DNA of 64,000 bases from an uncultured Gammaproteobacteria bacterium (GCA_964522405.1 CAZFTR010000005.1:7747-71746); one strand, 5' to 3'. Numbered from the stretch's first letter, positions 45,430 through 55,121 are shown. Notes: generated by a model from the sequence alone, not told the origin. Made by a program: numbers and translations.

Positions 45430-46677
45430 ATGAATAAATTAGAACTCAAAATTAAGAAACTCCCAGATAAACCTGGAATTTATCTTTTTTATAATTTAAA
45501 AAAAGAATTAATTTATGCTGGGAAAGCAACTTCACTTAAAACTCGAGTAAGAAGTTATTTTTCAGGCCAGAAAACTCCACGTCCGATTGAGGAAATGATT
45601 CATGAAGTCGTTGATTTAAAATATATAGTTGCTGATTCTGCTCTTGAGGCTATAATTTTAGAATCAATTTATATTAAAAAATTTAAACCTCGCTACAATG
45701 TTTTAGGTCGTGATGATAAGAGTTGGAATTACTTAACTATTAGTAGTGATGATTATCCAATAGTTGCAACCATTCGTCAGCATGAATACAAGAAAATTAT
45801 AGCTCAAGCTAGTTCAAAAAAAGAATTTCAATATATATTTGGTCCATATCCTAGTTTGAACACCAAGGCTGCGCTTAAAATTTTGAGAAGATTATTTTAT
45901 TTTTCAAATTGTCAAAAAATTAAAAGAAAAAATAATAAACCATGTTTGTATTATCAGATGGGGGAATGTTTTGGTGTATGTACAGGAGAAATCAGCCCAA
46001 AGGAATACAGGCAGAAAATTATCATGCCATTGGTTAGATTCTTAAAAGGAAATAAAAAACAGGTTTTGAGGGATTTCGAAAAACAGATGAAAAAAGCATC
46101 TAATAAGCTTGATTTTGAAGAAGCTTCAAGAATTCGAAATCAATTGTATTCTCTCAGAAGAATTCAGGATATTGCTCTTTTGAATTCCAGTTTTGTGGTT
46201 GATATAGAAAAACAAAATCAAAATTTGCGAATAGAAGGTTATGATATTTCAAATCTTGGGAAAACAGGAAAAGTTGGGAGTATGGTTGTCTTTGAAAATG
46301 GAAAATCTAATAAATCAAATTATAGAAAATTTAAAATAAGATCAGTTCTGGGTCAAAGTGATGTTGATTGTATAGATGAGGTTTTGCGAAGAAGGCTGAT
46401 GCATCAAGAATGGAAGTATCCAGGTTTGATTTTGGTTGACGGAGGAAAACCACAAGTAAATAGAGCAAAGAGAGTTATAGCTGATTTTGGTTTGAAGATT
46501 CCAGTAGTTGGAATTGCTAAAGGACCGAAGAGAAATAAAAATGAATTTGTTCTAGGTTCAAGAAATAGAGGATTTATTCGGTGGGTCGAGTCAAATCAGA
46601 AGTTATTGGTTCAAGTTAGAGATGAAGCTCATAGATTTGCAATAGCTTATCAGAGGAAATTGAGAAAAATTGCTTAG
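45430..46677 (+). CDS. uvrC: excinuclease ABC subunit C (short form, 415 aa)
   Basis: GIY-YIG N-terminus GIYLFYNLKKELIYAGKATSLKTRVRSYF; UVR-like region EASRIRNQL; RNase H-like endonuclease region; no C-terminal HhH tail. Confidence 0.7.
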   Translation: MNKLELKIKKLPDKPGIYLFYNLKKELIYAGKATSLKTRVRSYFSGQKTPRPIEEMIHEVVDLKYIVADSALEAIILESIYIKKFKPRYNVLGRDDKSWNYLTISSDDYPIVATIRQHEYKKIIAQASSKKEFQYIFGPYPSLNTKAALKILRRLFYFSNCQKIKRKNNKPCLYYQMGECFGVCTGEISPKEYRQKIIMPLVRFLKGNKKQVLRDFEKQMKKASNKLDFEEASRIRNQLYSLRRIQDIALLNSSFVVDIEKQNQNLRIEGYDISNLGKTGKVGSMVVFENGKSNKSNYRKFKIRSVLGQSDVDCIDEVLRRRLMHQEWKYPGLILVDGGKPQVNRAKRVIADFGLKIPVVGIAKGPKRNKNEFVLGSRNRGFIRWVESNQKLLVQVRDEAHRFAIAYQRKLRKIA

Positions 46678-46773
46678 GTTGGGTAAATTTTGCTTGAAAA
46701 GTGCAGATTTTAGCAGATCTGCTTTTTTTATTTAAAATTTTTGTGGATAACTGTGGTTGAAGCGATAGGAAAA

Positions 46774-46810
46774 GTGGTGTACAATGGAAGCACGTGGGGA
46801 AAAGTGGGGA
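46774..46810 (+). promoter_or_regulatory. putative MraZ operator: direct GTGGKG repeats
   Basis: aaaaGTGGTGtac ... cacGTGGGGaaaaGTGGGGaaaa at 10-bp spacing; a perfect 8-bp IR actgtcgc-gaatttt-gcgacagt at 46885-46907 lies just before the mraZ start. Confidence 0.45.
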
Positions 46811-46916
46811 AAATGCTTGTCTCTCTGCTTCTAAACAATTTTCAGCGTAACTGAATTTGTTCGGATGTCTATATAGGCACTGTCGCGAATTTTGCGACAG
46901 TACTTAAACCAAAATT

Positions 46917-47348
46917 ATGTTTATAGGCGAATATTCCCACAATTTAGACGAAAAAGGCCGACTGGCAGTGCCTAAGAAATTTCGTCAGGCTCTTTCAAAA
47001 GGGGCAGTAGTAACTAGAGGTTTAGATAACTGTCTTTTCTTGTATACCACCTCTGAGTGGAAAAAGCTTGCTGATAAGCTGGCAAACCTGCCATTTGCTC
47101 AGGCAAATACAAGAGCTTTTGCTAGGCTAATGCTTGCAGGAGCTATGGACGTAAATCTAGACAAACAAGGGAGAATTATTCTCCCGGAATATTTGCGAAA
47201 CTTTGCTGATCTCACTAAACAAACAATCGTGGCAGGTCTGTACAACCGTCTCGAAATCTGGGATCAGAAAGCTTGGAACGAATATACCAAGAAATCTGAA
47301 AAAGAAAGCACTAAGATTGCTGAGCAGATGTCAGAATTGGGGGTTTAG
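46917..47348 (+). CDS. mraZ: transcriptional regulator MraZ
   Basis: MFIGEYSHNLDEKGRLAVPKKFRQ and second DKQGRIILPEYLR (duplicated DxxxR motif). Confidence 0.85.
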   Translation: MFIGEYSHNLDEKGRLAVPKKFRQALSKGAVVTRGLDNCLFLYTTSEWKKLADKLANLPFAQANTRAFARLMLAGAMDVNLDKQGRIILPEYLRNFADLTKQTIVAGLYNRLEIWDQKAWNEYTKKSEKESTKIAEQMSELGV

Positions 47349-47349
47349 T

Positions 47350-48261
47350 ATGAGACATGTACCTGTTTTACTTTCAGAGGTTCTTGAATCTTTACAACTT
47401 AAACCGGGAATAAACGCAATTGATTGTACACTTGGAGATGCTGGTCATGCTCAAAAGATTTTAGAAATGACTTCACCTAATGGTAAATTACTCGGAATTG
47501 ATTCAGATCCGGAAGCTCTTATTCGCGCCAAGAATTTTCTCAGTCAGTATTCTGATAGAGTGAATTTTGTGCGGGACAATTTTTCTAATTTGAAAACCAT
47601 AGTTGAAAATGAGAATTTTGGTTCTGTGCAAGCGATTCTATTTGATTTTGGCTGGTCTACGCCTCAATTCAAAGAGCGAGGTAGGGGATTTAGCTTCCAT
47701 GAAAATGAATTTCTGGATATGAGATATTCAGGAATCAGTTCAGGAGACTCTGAAACAGCAGCCGATTTATTGGATAATCTCAGAGAGGAAGAATTAGCAA
47801 AAATATTCAAAGAATTGGGAGAAGAAAAATTGAATAAAGAAATTGCTGAAGCAATAGCAGAAACCAGAAAGGATAAAGAAATCAAATATAGTGGTCAGTT
47901 GGTAGAAGTTATCCTAGAAGTTTATAGAAAAAAATTAAAAACAGACAAAGAAATTCCCTGGATTGGTGGCTTGCATCCGGCAACAAAAGTGTTTCAGGCT
48001 CTAAGAATGGCTGTAAATCATGAACTGGAAGTAATTGAAAGGGCACTGCCTCAGGCAATAGAAATTCTTGAGAAAGGTGGAAGATTGGCAGTTATCAGCT
48101 TTCATTCTCTCGAAGACCGAATTGTTAAACATTATTTTAAATCACAAAAAGGAAAAACCATAGAAATAATAACCAAAAAACCAATAGTTTGCAGTAAAGA
48201 TGAGTACAGGGAAAATCCCGCCTCTAGATCTGCAAAATTAAGAGTGGTAGAAAAATTATGA
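47350..48261 (+). CDS. rsmH: 16S rRNA (cytosine1402-N4)-methyltransferase RsmH
   Basis: MRHVPVLLSEVLE...IDCTLGDAGHA...LGIDSDPEA...FDFGWSTPQF. The ORF-track start 47203 is an out-of-frame overlap with mraZ; ATG at 47350 used. Confidence 0.85.
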   Translation: MRHVPVLLSEVLESLQLKPGINAIDCTLGDAGHAQKILEMTSPNGKLLGIDSDPEALIRAKNFLSQYSDRVNFVRDNFSNLKTIVENENFGSVQAILFDFGWSTPQFKERGRGFSFHENEFLDMRYSGISSGDSETAADLLDNLREEELAKIFKELGEEKLNKEIAEAIAETRKDKEIKYSGQLVEVILEVYRKKLKTDKEIPWIGGLHPATKVFQALRMAVNHELEVIERALPQAIEILEKGGRLAVISFHSLEDRIVKHYFKSQKGKTIEIITKKPIVCSKDEYRENPASRSAKLRVVEKL

Positions 48262-48596
48262 AGCCATACAAAAAAACAACCCTCAGACAAAAACGTCAAA
48301 AGCTCCATAGATTGATCTTAAGCGCTTCGTTTAGAGCTGGATTAGTGGTATTTATTTTGGTGTTTGGTTTTTTATTTATTTGGCAAACAAATTCAGTCTC
48401 AACCAAGGGATATTCAATGAGTGATTTAGAGGGTCAAGTAAAAGTTCTTGAGCAGGAAAATCGAAAATTGGAAGTAAAAATAGCAGAAAATACCTCAATG
48501 CAAAATATACAAAATAGAATAACTAATAGTGGTTTGGTTGTTGTAGATAAAATTGAGTATATGAGTATGGTTGGTAGTGTGGTGGTACAGAGATAG
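48258..48596 (+). CDS. ftsL: FtsL-like cell division protein (bitopic, coiled coil)
   Basis: 112 aa; basic N-terminus, one TM helix, coiled coil VKVLEQENRKLEVKIAE; position after rsmH. Confidence 0.45.
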   Translation: MKPYKKTTLRQKRQKLHRLILSASFRAGLVVFILVFGFLFIWQTNSVSTKGYSMSDLEGQVKVLEQENRKLEVKIAENTSMQNIQNRITNSGLVVVDKIEYMSMVGSVVVQR

Positions 48597-48713
48597 GTAA
48601 TTATTTAGAATTGTTTACAGTTCAGCTTAGAAATGTAAACAAAACTGCGATAATTATTTAGTGCTGGCATTGTTAGTCGCAATTGCTGGTGCATCATCGC
48701 GCTATACTGTGTG

Positions 48714-48740
48714 GAACCTCCGAAAGGGGGTTCTTATTTT
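48714..48740 (+). terminator. intrinsic terminator
   Basis: gaacctcc-gaaa-gggggttc then ttatttt. Confidence 0.75.
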
Positions 48741-48824
48741 GTTAGTTAACAGTTTGAAGTTGGCAGTTTATAGTTAAGAATATTTCTACCAACTATTAAC
48801 TGTAAACTATTAACTATTTATTGT
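48741..48824. promoter_or_regulatory. inverted heptamer arrays agttaac-agtttga-agttggc-agtttat-agttaag / spacer / ccaacta-ttaactg-taaacta-ttaacta
   Basis: AGTTNNN x5, then the reverse-complement NNNAACT x4 in exact 7-bp register; upstream of the 48825 gene. Confidence 0.5.
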
Positions 48825-49211
48825 TTGCGATTCGTTATTATGTTAAAATATCTACATATGTGGATTATTGTTTTACAACGTATTTCAATTGAATTTTTTT
48901 GGCACTTAATTTATTTTCCAATTTGGTGGTATAGTGTTGGGCTCAAAAAATCTTTTGCTTTTGCATTGGACTGGTTTAAGATGGGTAATACTTATCTGGC
49001 TCCAGGACTTTGGCTTAAGAATATTTTTGTTCCCATGTATGGACAAAGAGATTTTCAGGGTAGGCTAACTAGTTTTTTCATTCGTTTTGTAAATGTGATT
49101 ATTCGAGGTCTTGGGCTTCTTTTTTGGTTAGTATTAAGCATATTAGTATTTATGGTTTGGCCTGCTTTGCCAGTTGTTTTCTTTTATATGTTTTTTATCT
49201 CCTTGTTTTAG
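48825..49211 (+). CDS. hypothetical membrane protein
   Basis: 128 aa, 3-4 TM helices; stop abuts the next gene. Confidence 0.4.
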   Translation: MRFVIMLKYLHMWIIVLQRISIEFFWHLIYFPIWWYSVGLKKSFAFALDWFKMGNTYLAPGLWLKNIFVPMYGQRDFQGRLTSFFIRFVNVIIRGLGLLFWLVLSILVFMVWPALPVVFFYMFFISLF

Positions 49212-51968
49212 TTGATTATGTTGTTTGAAAAAAACCAAAAACTTAAACTCACAAATACAGATCTGGTCAAAAGAAATGGTCTTTTGGGGAGAATTTCCAA
49301 AAAGATTCCCGGAGTTAGAGAGGTTGGGCTTTGGCATGAGGGATCTTTTTTGCATTATGCTCATCCACTTAGTTCTTATTATATTAGACTCAAAAAAGCA
49401 AGAAAGTTTTTACGAGTATTTGAGAAGATTGGAGCACTTGTTTTTGCCATTGGTTTTATTGCTTTGTTTTTTTGGACAATTTCAAATAAAAACTTGATTG
49501 CTGACTTGGCCAGTTTTGAGTTTTGGTTTGATTTAAATGTGCCTGAGAGATCATTGTTTTGGTTGGGATTAATTGCATTTTGTTATTTTATTTATCGATC
49601 TCTTGATACAAAAATTAAAATCAAGGATATTAGTTTTGTTGATGATCTTAAAAAAAATAAAAATCAGCAGGAAATGATTGGGCTGGATGAAAATTCCATG
49701 GAAATGAAAAAAATGCAGAAAAAATATGCTTTTGATATTAGCGAGGTTTTTACTTTGAATGCAACAGATGCTTTAGAAATGGCTTTTTCTATTGCAGAAA
49801 AAAACAATCATCCTGGTATAAATTCTGTACATATTTTTAGAGCACTTTTGGATCTTCCTAATATTCGGGGTATTTTTCTCAGACTGGCTTTGCCTGTAAA
49901 TTCTATCAAAAAAATGCTAGATAAAGTTATTTCTGAAATAAAAGAAAAAGGTTCTACAACTCTTTCGGAAGATGCTTATCAAATTATATTTCATTCTTAT
50001 CTACTAGCAAAACAATACAGAGATCATCATGTTCGGGAAACTGAAATATTGATTGCCACTGTGGGTCAGTCAGAATTTTTGCAGGAATTATTATATGATT
50101 TGGAAATTGATCAACAAAAATTAGTAAATGTTGTCGAATGGGTTAGAGTCAGAGAGCATCTACGTGAACAATATCAAAAGTTTAGAAAAGGTGCTGCCCA
50201 ATTTAGTAAATATGGGATGGATAGAGCAATGACGGCTGTTGCCACTCCTTTTTTGAATAGTATAAGCCAGGATATTACTATTGCTGCCAAGTATGGACAG
50301 CTTTCTGTCTGTGTAGCAAGAGAAAAGGAAATTGATGAAATTTATAGAATCATCAAAGCTGGGAGACAAAGTGTTATTTTGGTTGGTGAGCAAGGTGTGG
50401 GTCGTATGGCAATTATCGAAGGTATTGCTCAGAGAATGCTTTCAGGAGATGTGCCAGATAGATTAAAAGATAAAAGGTTAGTTCAGATTTCAACCTCTGC
50501 ACTTGTGGCTGGAACTACTGTGGCAGGAGCACAGGAGAGAGTGATTAGACTGATGAATGAAGTTTCCAAAGCTAAGAATATAATTTTATTTATTAATAAT
50601 CTTCATGATCTAACCGGCATGACAGATTCTGCAGGTGAGGGATTAGACATTACTGAGACATTGGCAGAGTATTTAGGTCCGGGAAGATTTTTAACTTTAG
50701 CAACAACAACCAATGAAGGGTATAATCGATATATTGTTAATTCATCTGCTGGAAAAGTATTTACAAAAGTAGAAATAGGTGAGATGGATACCAATCAAGC
50801 CATACAAGTGCTTGAATCAAAAGTTGGCGGTCTTGAGCACAAGCACCATGTCTTCTTTTCTTATGCTTCTATTGAACAATGTGTAGAGTTGGCCAAAAAA
50901 TTCTTTCATGATCAAAATTTACCCGAAAGCGCCTTGTCACTTATGAGTGAGGTTGCCAGTTTTGTGCAGAGTTCAAAAGGTGAAAATCAGCTTGTCACTG
51001 CTCAAGATGTTGGGAGTATAGTTGCAGCCAAGACAGGTGTGCCTGCTACTAGTATTACTGAAGATGAATCATCTAAGTTGCTTCGTCTTGAAGATGAAAT
51101 GCATAAGCGAGTTATTGGGCAAGATGAAGCCGTTATCTCAGTTGCCAATGCGCTTCGTAGAGCCCGTGCTGAAGTTCGTTCTCAGAAAAGACCAATTGCT
51201 AATTTCTTATTCCTGGGTCCAACCGGTGTTGGAAAAACTGAACTAGCCAAGACAATTGCTGATGTTTATTTTGGTGGAGAGAACAGAATGATTCGAATTG
51301 ATATGAGTGAATACCAGGATAAATCTTCAATTTACCGCTTAATTGGACAACCAGGGCAACAGGGTACTGGTCTTCTAACAGAAGCAGTAAGACAAAATCC
51401 ATTTTCACTTTTACTTTTAGATGAGCTTGAAAAAGCTGATCCAAATATTTTAAATCTATTTTTGCAAGTATTTGATGATGGAAGACTTACTGATAGTGTG
51501 GGAAGAGTAATTGATTTTACCAATACAATTATAATAGCAACATCAAATGCTGGAACCAGTTATGTGCAAAAGCGCATAGAAGAGGGCGTAGAAATGAAAG
51601 ACATACGAGAAGAAATGATTAGGGGAGAGCTGAAACAGTATTATCGACCGGAATTTTTAAATCGTTTTGATGGGGTTATATTGTTTAAATCTCTAAATAG
51701 AGATGAAATAAAATTGATTGCCGGGCTCATGCTCAAGAGAGTTGGGCGCGATTTAGAAATTAGGGGAGTTGGGCTAAAAGTCGAAGACGCTGCGCTTGAA
51801 TCATTGGCAGAAGCTGGATATGATCCGGAATTCGGTGCCAGACCTATGAGACGAGCAATTCAGGATTTAGTTGAAAATCGTTTAGCAGAATTGATTTTGG
51901 AGAAAAAATTAAATAGAAGGGACGTGGTAGTTTTGGGAAAAGGCGTACAAATAAGTATTGAAAGATAA
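49212..51968 (+). CDS. membrane-anchored ClpA/ClpB-family AAA+ protein with degenerate first ATPase domain
   Basis: N-terminal TM helices, a Clp_N repeat region, NBD1 with GEQGVGRMAI (Walker A Lys-Thr replaced by Arg-Met) and ILFINNLHDL (Walker B DE replaced by NN); NBD2 intact: GPTGVGKTELAK, LLLLDELEKA, GARPMRRAIQ. Confidence 0.7.
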   Translation: MIMLFEKNQKLKLTNTDLVKRNGLLGRISKKIPGVREVGLWHEGSFLHYAHPLSSYYIRLKKARKFLRVFEKIGALVFAIGFIALFFWTISNKNLIADLASFEFWFDLNVPERSLFWLGLIAFCYFIYRSLDTKIKIKDISFVDDLKKNKNQQEMIGLDENSMEMKKMQKKYAFDISEVFTLNATDALEMAFSIAEKNNHPGINSVHIFRALLDLPNIRGIFLRLALPVNSIKKMLDKVISEIKEKGSTTLSEDAYQIIFHSYLLAKQYRDHHVRETEILIATVGQSEFLQELLYDLEIDQQKLVNVVEWVRVREHLREQYQKFRKGAAQFSKYGMDRAMTAVATPFLNSISQDITIAAKYGQLSVCVAREKEIDEIYRIIKAGRQSVILVGEQGVGRMAIIEGIAQRMLSGDVPDRLKDKRLVQISTSALVAGTTVAGAQERVIRLMNEVSKAKNIILFINNLHDLTGMTDSAGEGLDITETLAEYLGPGRFLTLATTTNEGYNRYIVNSSAGKVFTKVEIGEMDTNQAIQVLESKVGGLEHKHHVFFSYASIEQCVELAKKFFHDQNLPESALSLMSEVASFVQSSKGENQLVTAQDVGSIVAAKTGVPATSITEDESSKLLRLEDEMHKRVIGQDEAVISVANALRRARAEVRSQKRPIANFLFLGPTGVGKTELAKTIADVYFGGENRMIRIDMSEYQDKSSIYRLIGQPGQQGTGLLTEAVRQNPFSLLLLDELEKADPNILNLFLQVFDDGRLTDSVGRVIDFTNTIIIATSNAGTSYVQKRIEEGVEMKDIREEMIRGELKQYYRPEFLNRFDGVILFKSLNRDEIKLIAGLMLKRVGRDLEIRGVGLKVEDAALESLAEAGYDPEFGARPMRRAIQDLVENRLAELILEKKLNRRDVVVLGKGVQISIER

Positions 51969-51976
51969 ACATATAT

Positions 51977-52013
51977 AAAAACCTATTCTTTAATTGCAAG
52001 AATAGGTTTTTTT
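51977..52013. terminator. bidirectional intrinsic terminator
   Basis: aaaacctattct-ttaattgcaag-aataggttttttt. Confidence 0.8.
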
Positions 52014-52087
52014 GCGGCCTGTCCGAGCGTGTGGAGCGCGGGCAGGCCTTGGGTCCCTCAGATGTGGATCCATGGTATCCTCCTTGG

Positions 52088-52198
52088 TTAGAACCGGTTG
52101 GGCTCGCCCTTGTTGGTCAGTAAGACCACCACGCAGAGGCCGGTGACGACCACGATCAGGCAGCCCGCGAAAGCAAATTGAGTTGCTTTTTTGAACAT
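52088..52198 (-). CDS. GC-rich small hydrophobic peptide (36 aa), possibly leaderless
   Basis: MFKKATQFAFAGCLIVVVTGLCVVVLLTNKGEPNRF; minus-strand ttgaca-17 nt-tagcat ends 6 nt before the ATG; an aaggagga SD and a 27-aa ORF follow. Confidence 0.3.
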   Translation of the reverse strand: MFKKATQFAFAGCLIVVVTGLCVVVLLTNKGEPNRF

Positions 52199-52294
52199 AG
52201 CTTTATGCTAGTTGATTTGCCTTTGTTTGTCAATCATGATGTCAGTATGATATTCTTTAGTAAAAAGGAGTTTGATTTTTATGTGAAGTAAGTT

Positions 52295-53359
52295 ATGTAT
52301 TTTGGATATTTTGTATTAAGTCTATCCCTTTCAGTTTTGATTACACCTCTTGTGCATATGATTATGTACAAGCAGGGCATAGTTGATCATCCACGTTCAG
52401 AAAAAAGAAAAATTCATAAGAAAAAAATACCTCTTGGTGGTGGTTGGGCAATTTTTATAAGTTTCTTTGTGGTTGTAGCTTTACTCTTGTTTGGTTCAGC
52501 AAATCTTGGTATTGAGATTTTACCCAAACATATCTATGGGTTGTTTCTGGGCTCTCTTGTTTTGATGGTCGGAGGCTATTATGATGATAAATATTCTCTT
52601 TTGCCCAAAAAACAAATGTGGTTTCCGGTTATTGCCACCTTGCTTATAATTGCCTTTGGTATTGGTCCACATATGTTTAGTAATCCGGCTGGGGGGCTTA
52701 TTGATCTTTCCAAATGGACAATTACAATTGATGGCTTTGGAAATTGGGTTGTTCTGGCAGATGCATTGGTTTTTATCTGGCTTATGGGTATGATGTTTAC
52801 AACCAAATTTCTTGATGGGCTTGATGGTTTGGTTTCAGGTGTAGTCACAATTGGAGCCTTAGTTTTATTTTTCTTAACTCAGCAAGAGCAGTGGTTTCAG
52901 CCGGAAGTTTCCCTCTTGGCTATTGTTTTTGCCGGAGCTTGTGTGGGATTTTTGGTTTGGAACTGGCATCCGGCAAAAATATTTCTTGGAGAAGGCGGTA
53001 GTTTGTTTACAGGATTTGTACTGGGAACTTTGGCTATTATTTCCGGGGCAAAAATTGCTACAACTCTTCTGGTTATGGGTCTGCCGGCTCTTGATGTTTT
53101 GAGAGTTATTATTCGAAGAATACAAAAGAAAAAATCAATTTTTAAGGGAGACAATGAACATCTTCATTTTAAATTAGTTGCAAGAGGCATGAAACAGTGG
53201 CAAGCCGTACTCTTGATGTATGCAATTTCTTTTCTCTTTGGTCTGAGTGCCTTGTTTTTACAAACAACCCAGAAATTGACAGCGCTTTTGCTATTGTTTG
53301 TGCTTATGGTTTTAATTGGGATTTGGTTTGCAAAGCGGGAGAGAGTAAATAGTTTGTAG
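52295..53359 (+). CDS. GT4-family polyprenyl-phosphate N-acetylhexosamine-1-phosphate transferase (MraY/WecA/TagO family; N-terminus WecA-like)
   Basis: KKKIPLGGGWAI, YYDDKYSL, FLDGLDGL motifs; 10-11 TM helices. Confidence 0.6.
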   Translation: MYFGYFVLSLSLSVLITPLVHMIMYKQGIVDHPRSEKRKIHKKKIPLGGGWAIFISFFVVVALLLFGSANLGIEILPKHIYGLFLGSLVLMVGGYYDDKYSLLPKKQMWFPVIATLLIIAFGIGPHMFSNPAGGLIDLSKWTITIDGFGNWVVLADALVFIWLMGMMFTTKFLDGLDGLVSGVVTIGALVLFFLTQQEQWFQPEVSLLAIVFAGACVGFLVWNWHPAKIFLGEGGSLFTGFVLGTLAIISGAKIATTLLVMGLPALDVLRVIIRRIQKKKSIFKGDNEHLHFKLVARGMKQWQAVLLMYAISFLFGLSALFLQTTQKLTALLLLFVLMVLIGIWFAKRERVNSL

Positions 53360-53424
53360 TTAACAGTTATAACTATTTTTGTTAAACTACTAACTGTTAT
53401 CTGTAAACTGTAAACTAATAAAGT
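53360..53424. promoter_or_regulatory. heptamer array agttaac-agttata ... taaacta-ctaactg-ttatctg-taaactg-taaacta
   Basis: 7-bp register, inverted arms, ends 7 nt before the 53425 ATG. Confidence 0.45.
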
Positions 53425-53910
53425 ATGTTTGGTTTCAAGAAAAAAAGAGAAGATGCAAAACTTTCCAAAAGTATGAAAGTGGTTTTCTTGGTATTTATAA
53501 TCTCTGCTGGTTTTTTGCAATTGTGGAAATTTCATATGGCTGACGAGATTGTAGAGTTGAAAGGTCAGCATCTCAATGTTTTGGTGGCCAAGACGATTTA
53601 TCATCAGTACAAGGGTCTTGGCAAAAGAGATTCTATAGAGCCTTATGATGGTATGATTTTCCCTTTTGCTTTTGAAGATCGGCATGGAATTGTCATGAGG
53701 GATATGAGATTTCCTATAGACATTATTTGGATAAATGGAGCTCAGGTTGTGGATTTCGCCAGAAATGTACCAACTGAGCCTGGTACTTCTGAAAATGCCT
53801 TAGTTAAGTATTACCCTAGGACCAATGCCAATATTGTCCTTGAACTACCTGCTGGTTGGATTGATGAGAATGACCTAAAAATAGGTGATCGAATCAGGTT
53901 AGTTAACTAG
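53425..53910 (+). CDS. DUF192 family protein
   Basis: Signal anchor; GMIFPFAFEDRHGIVMRDMRFPIDIIWIN pattern. Confidence 0.45.
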   Translation: MFGFKKKREDAKLSKSMKVVFLVFIISAGFLQLWKFHMADEIVELKGQHLNVLVAKTIYHQYKGLGKRDSIEPYDGMIFPFAFEDRHGIVMRDMRFPIDIIWINGAQVVDFARNVPTEPGTSENALVKYYPRTNANIVLELPAGWIDENDLKIGDRIRLVN

Positions 53911-53913
53911 CCC

Positions 53914-53942
53914 TTGACTATTTTTCCGTTTTTTAGTATAAT
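53914..53942 (+). promoter_or_regulatory. sigma70-type promoter of rplU
   Basis: TTGACT - 17 nt - TATAAT. Confidence 0.6.
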
Positions 53943-53988
53943 TTTAGCGTTTCCCAAAAACACTATTTATATTATTTATAATCAAATT

Positions 53989-54303
53989 ATGTTCGCAGTA
54001 ATAGAAACAGGTGGAAAACAGTACCTTATTAAGACTGGCGACACTCTAAAAATCGAAAAACTTGATGTTGAGGCAGGAAAGGAAGTAGTTTTTGACAAAG
54101 TGCTTCTACTTGCCAAAGAAGATGGTAGTGATGTACAACTTGGAAGTCCGTATTTGGATGGAGTAAGCATTGCCGCCAATGTAGAAGAACAAGGCAGATC
54201 TCGCAAAGTAAGAGTTGTTAAGTTCAAAAGAAAAGTTAGATACAAAAGAGTTCGCGGTCATAGACAGCATTTCACAAAAGTAAAAGTAAAAGCTGTAAAA
54301 TAA
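53989..54303 (+). CDS. rplU: 50S ribosomal protein L21
   Basis: MFAVIETGGKQYLIKTGD...KFKRKVRYKRVRGHRQ; the ORF-track start at 53914 adds a spurious N-terminus. Confidence 0.9.
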   Translation: MFAVIETGGKQYLIKTGDTLKIEKLDVEAGKEVVFDKVLLLAKEDGSDVQLGSPYLDGVSIAANVEEQGRSRKVRVVKFKRKVRYKRVRGHRQHFTKVKVKAVK

Positions 54304-54310
54304 GATTTTA

Positions 54311-54337
54311 AAAAACCGGCTCACACCGGTTTTTTGG
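54311..54337 (+). terminator. intrinsic terminator after rplU
   Basis: aaaaaccggc-tcaca-ccggtttttt. Confidence 0.8.
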
Positions 54338-54396
54338 TAGACGATTACAGATTTACTGATAATGGGAATCATTGATGTGTTGATGAAACTGGCTAA

Positions 54397-54437
54397 GGGG
54401 TATTCGGATTTACGGATGATCCTGATAATACGGATCG
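54397..54437. repeat. Family A repeat, locus 4 (solo copy, 3 mismatches)
   Basis: ggggtattcggatttacggatgatcctgataatacggatcg. Confidence 0.55.
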
Positions 54438-54508
54438 AGCGACGCGTTGATCAAGTCATGTTTATAGTTTTTTGGCTTTTCTGGCATTTAAGCTTATTCA
54501 GATTTTCT

Positions 54509-55108
54509 CTATCCCCCCGTCCTATTCTTCAATGCACTACTAAGCGTAATCTCATCAGCATATTGAATATCACTACCCATAGGTAGGCCTCTTGCTAAAC
54601 GGGTAACTTTTAAATCTGGATAAACTTCTTTTAATTTTTTTTCTACAAACATCATGGTTGTTTCTCCTTGAATGTCTGGGTTTAAGGCCAGAATAATTTC
54701 CTGAGCATTTTGATTTTTAATTCTTTTAAAAAGTTCTTTGGTTTTAGTTTTGGAAGCTATTGCTTGGGTGTCAATATTCAAAGTTCCGCGAAGAATATGA
54801 TAAACTCCTGAATAAGTTCCAGTTTTCTCAATTGTTCTCATATCTTGATGCTCAGCAACCACACATATGGTTGTTTTATCTCTTTTGGGGTCAGAACAGG
54901 TTTTACAGGGGGTAATATCAGAGAAATCCCAACATTCTTCACAGCTTTTAATATTCTCCATTAGGTTCTTAAGAGCTATCGATAGTTCGGCCACATTTTT
55001 TTTTCCGGATTTTAGCAAATAAAAAACAAAGCGTTCAGCAGTTCTGCGGCCCACGCTTGGCAGTTTTGTGAACGCTTTGATTAATTGTTCGATTGGGATT
55101 GGGTACAT
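54509..55108 (-). CDS. recR: recombination protein RecR
   Basis: PSVGRRTAERF HhH, CxxC...CxxC zinc finger, Toprim region. Confidence 0.85.
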   Translation of the reverse strand: MYPIPIEQLIKAFTKLPSVGRRTAERFVFYLLKSGKKNVAELSIALKNLMENIKSCEECWDFSDITPCKTCSDPKRDKTTICVVAEHQDMRTIEKTGTYSGVYHILRGTLNIDTQAIASKTKTKELFKRIKNQNAQEIILALNPDIQGETTMMFVEKKLKEVYPDLKVTRLARGLPMGSDIQYADEITLSSALKNRTGG

Positions 55109-55121
55109 ACCCGTTTAGTTT

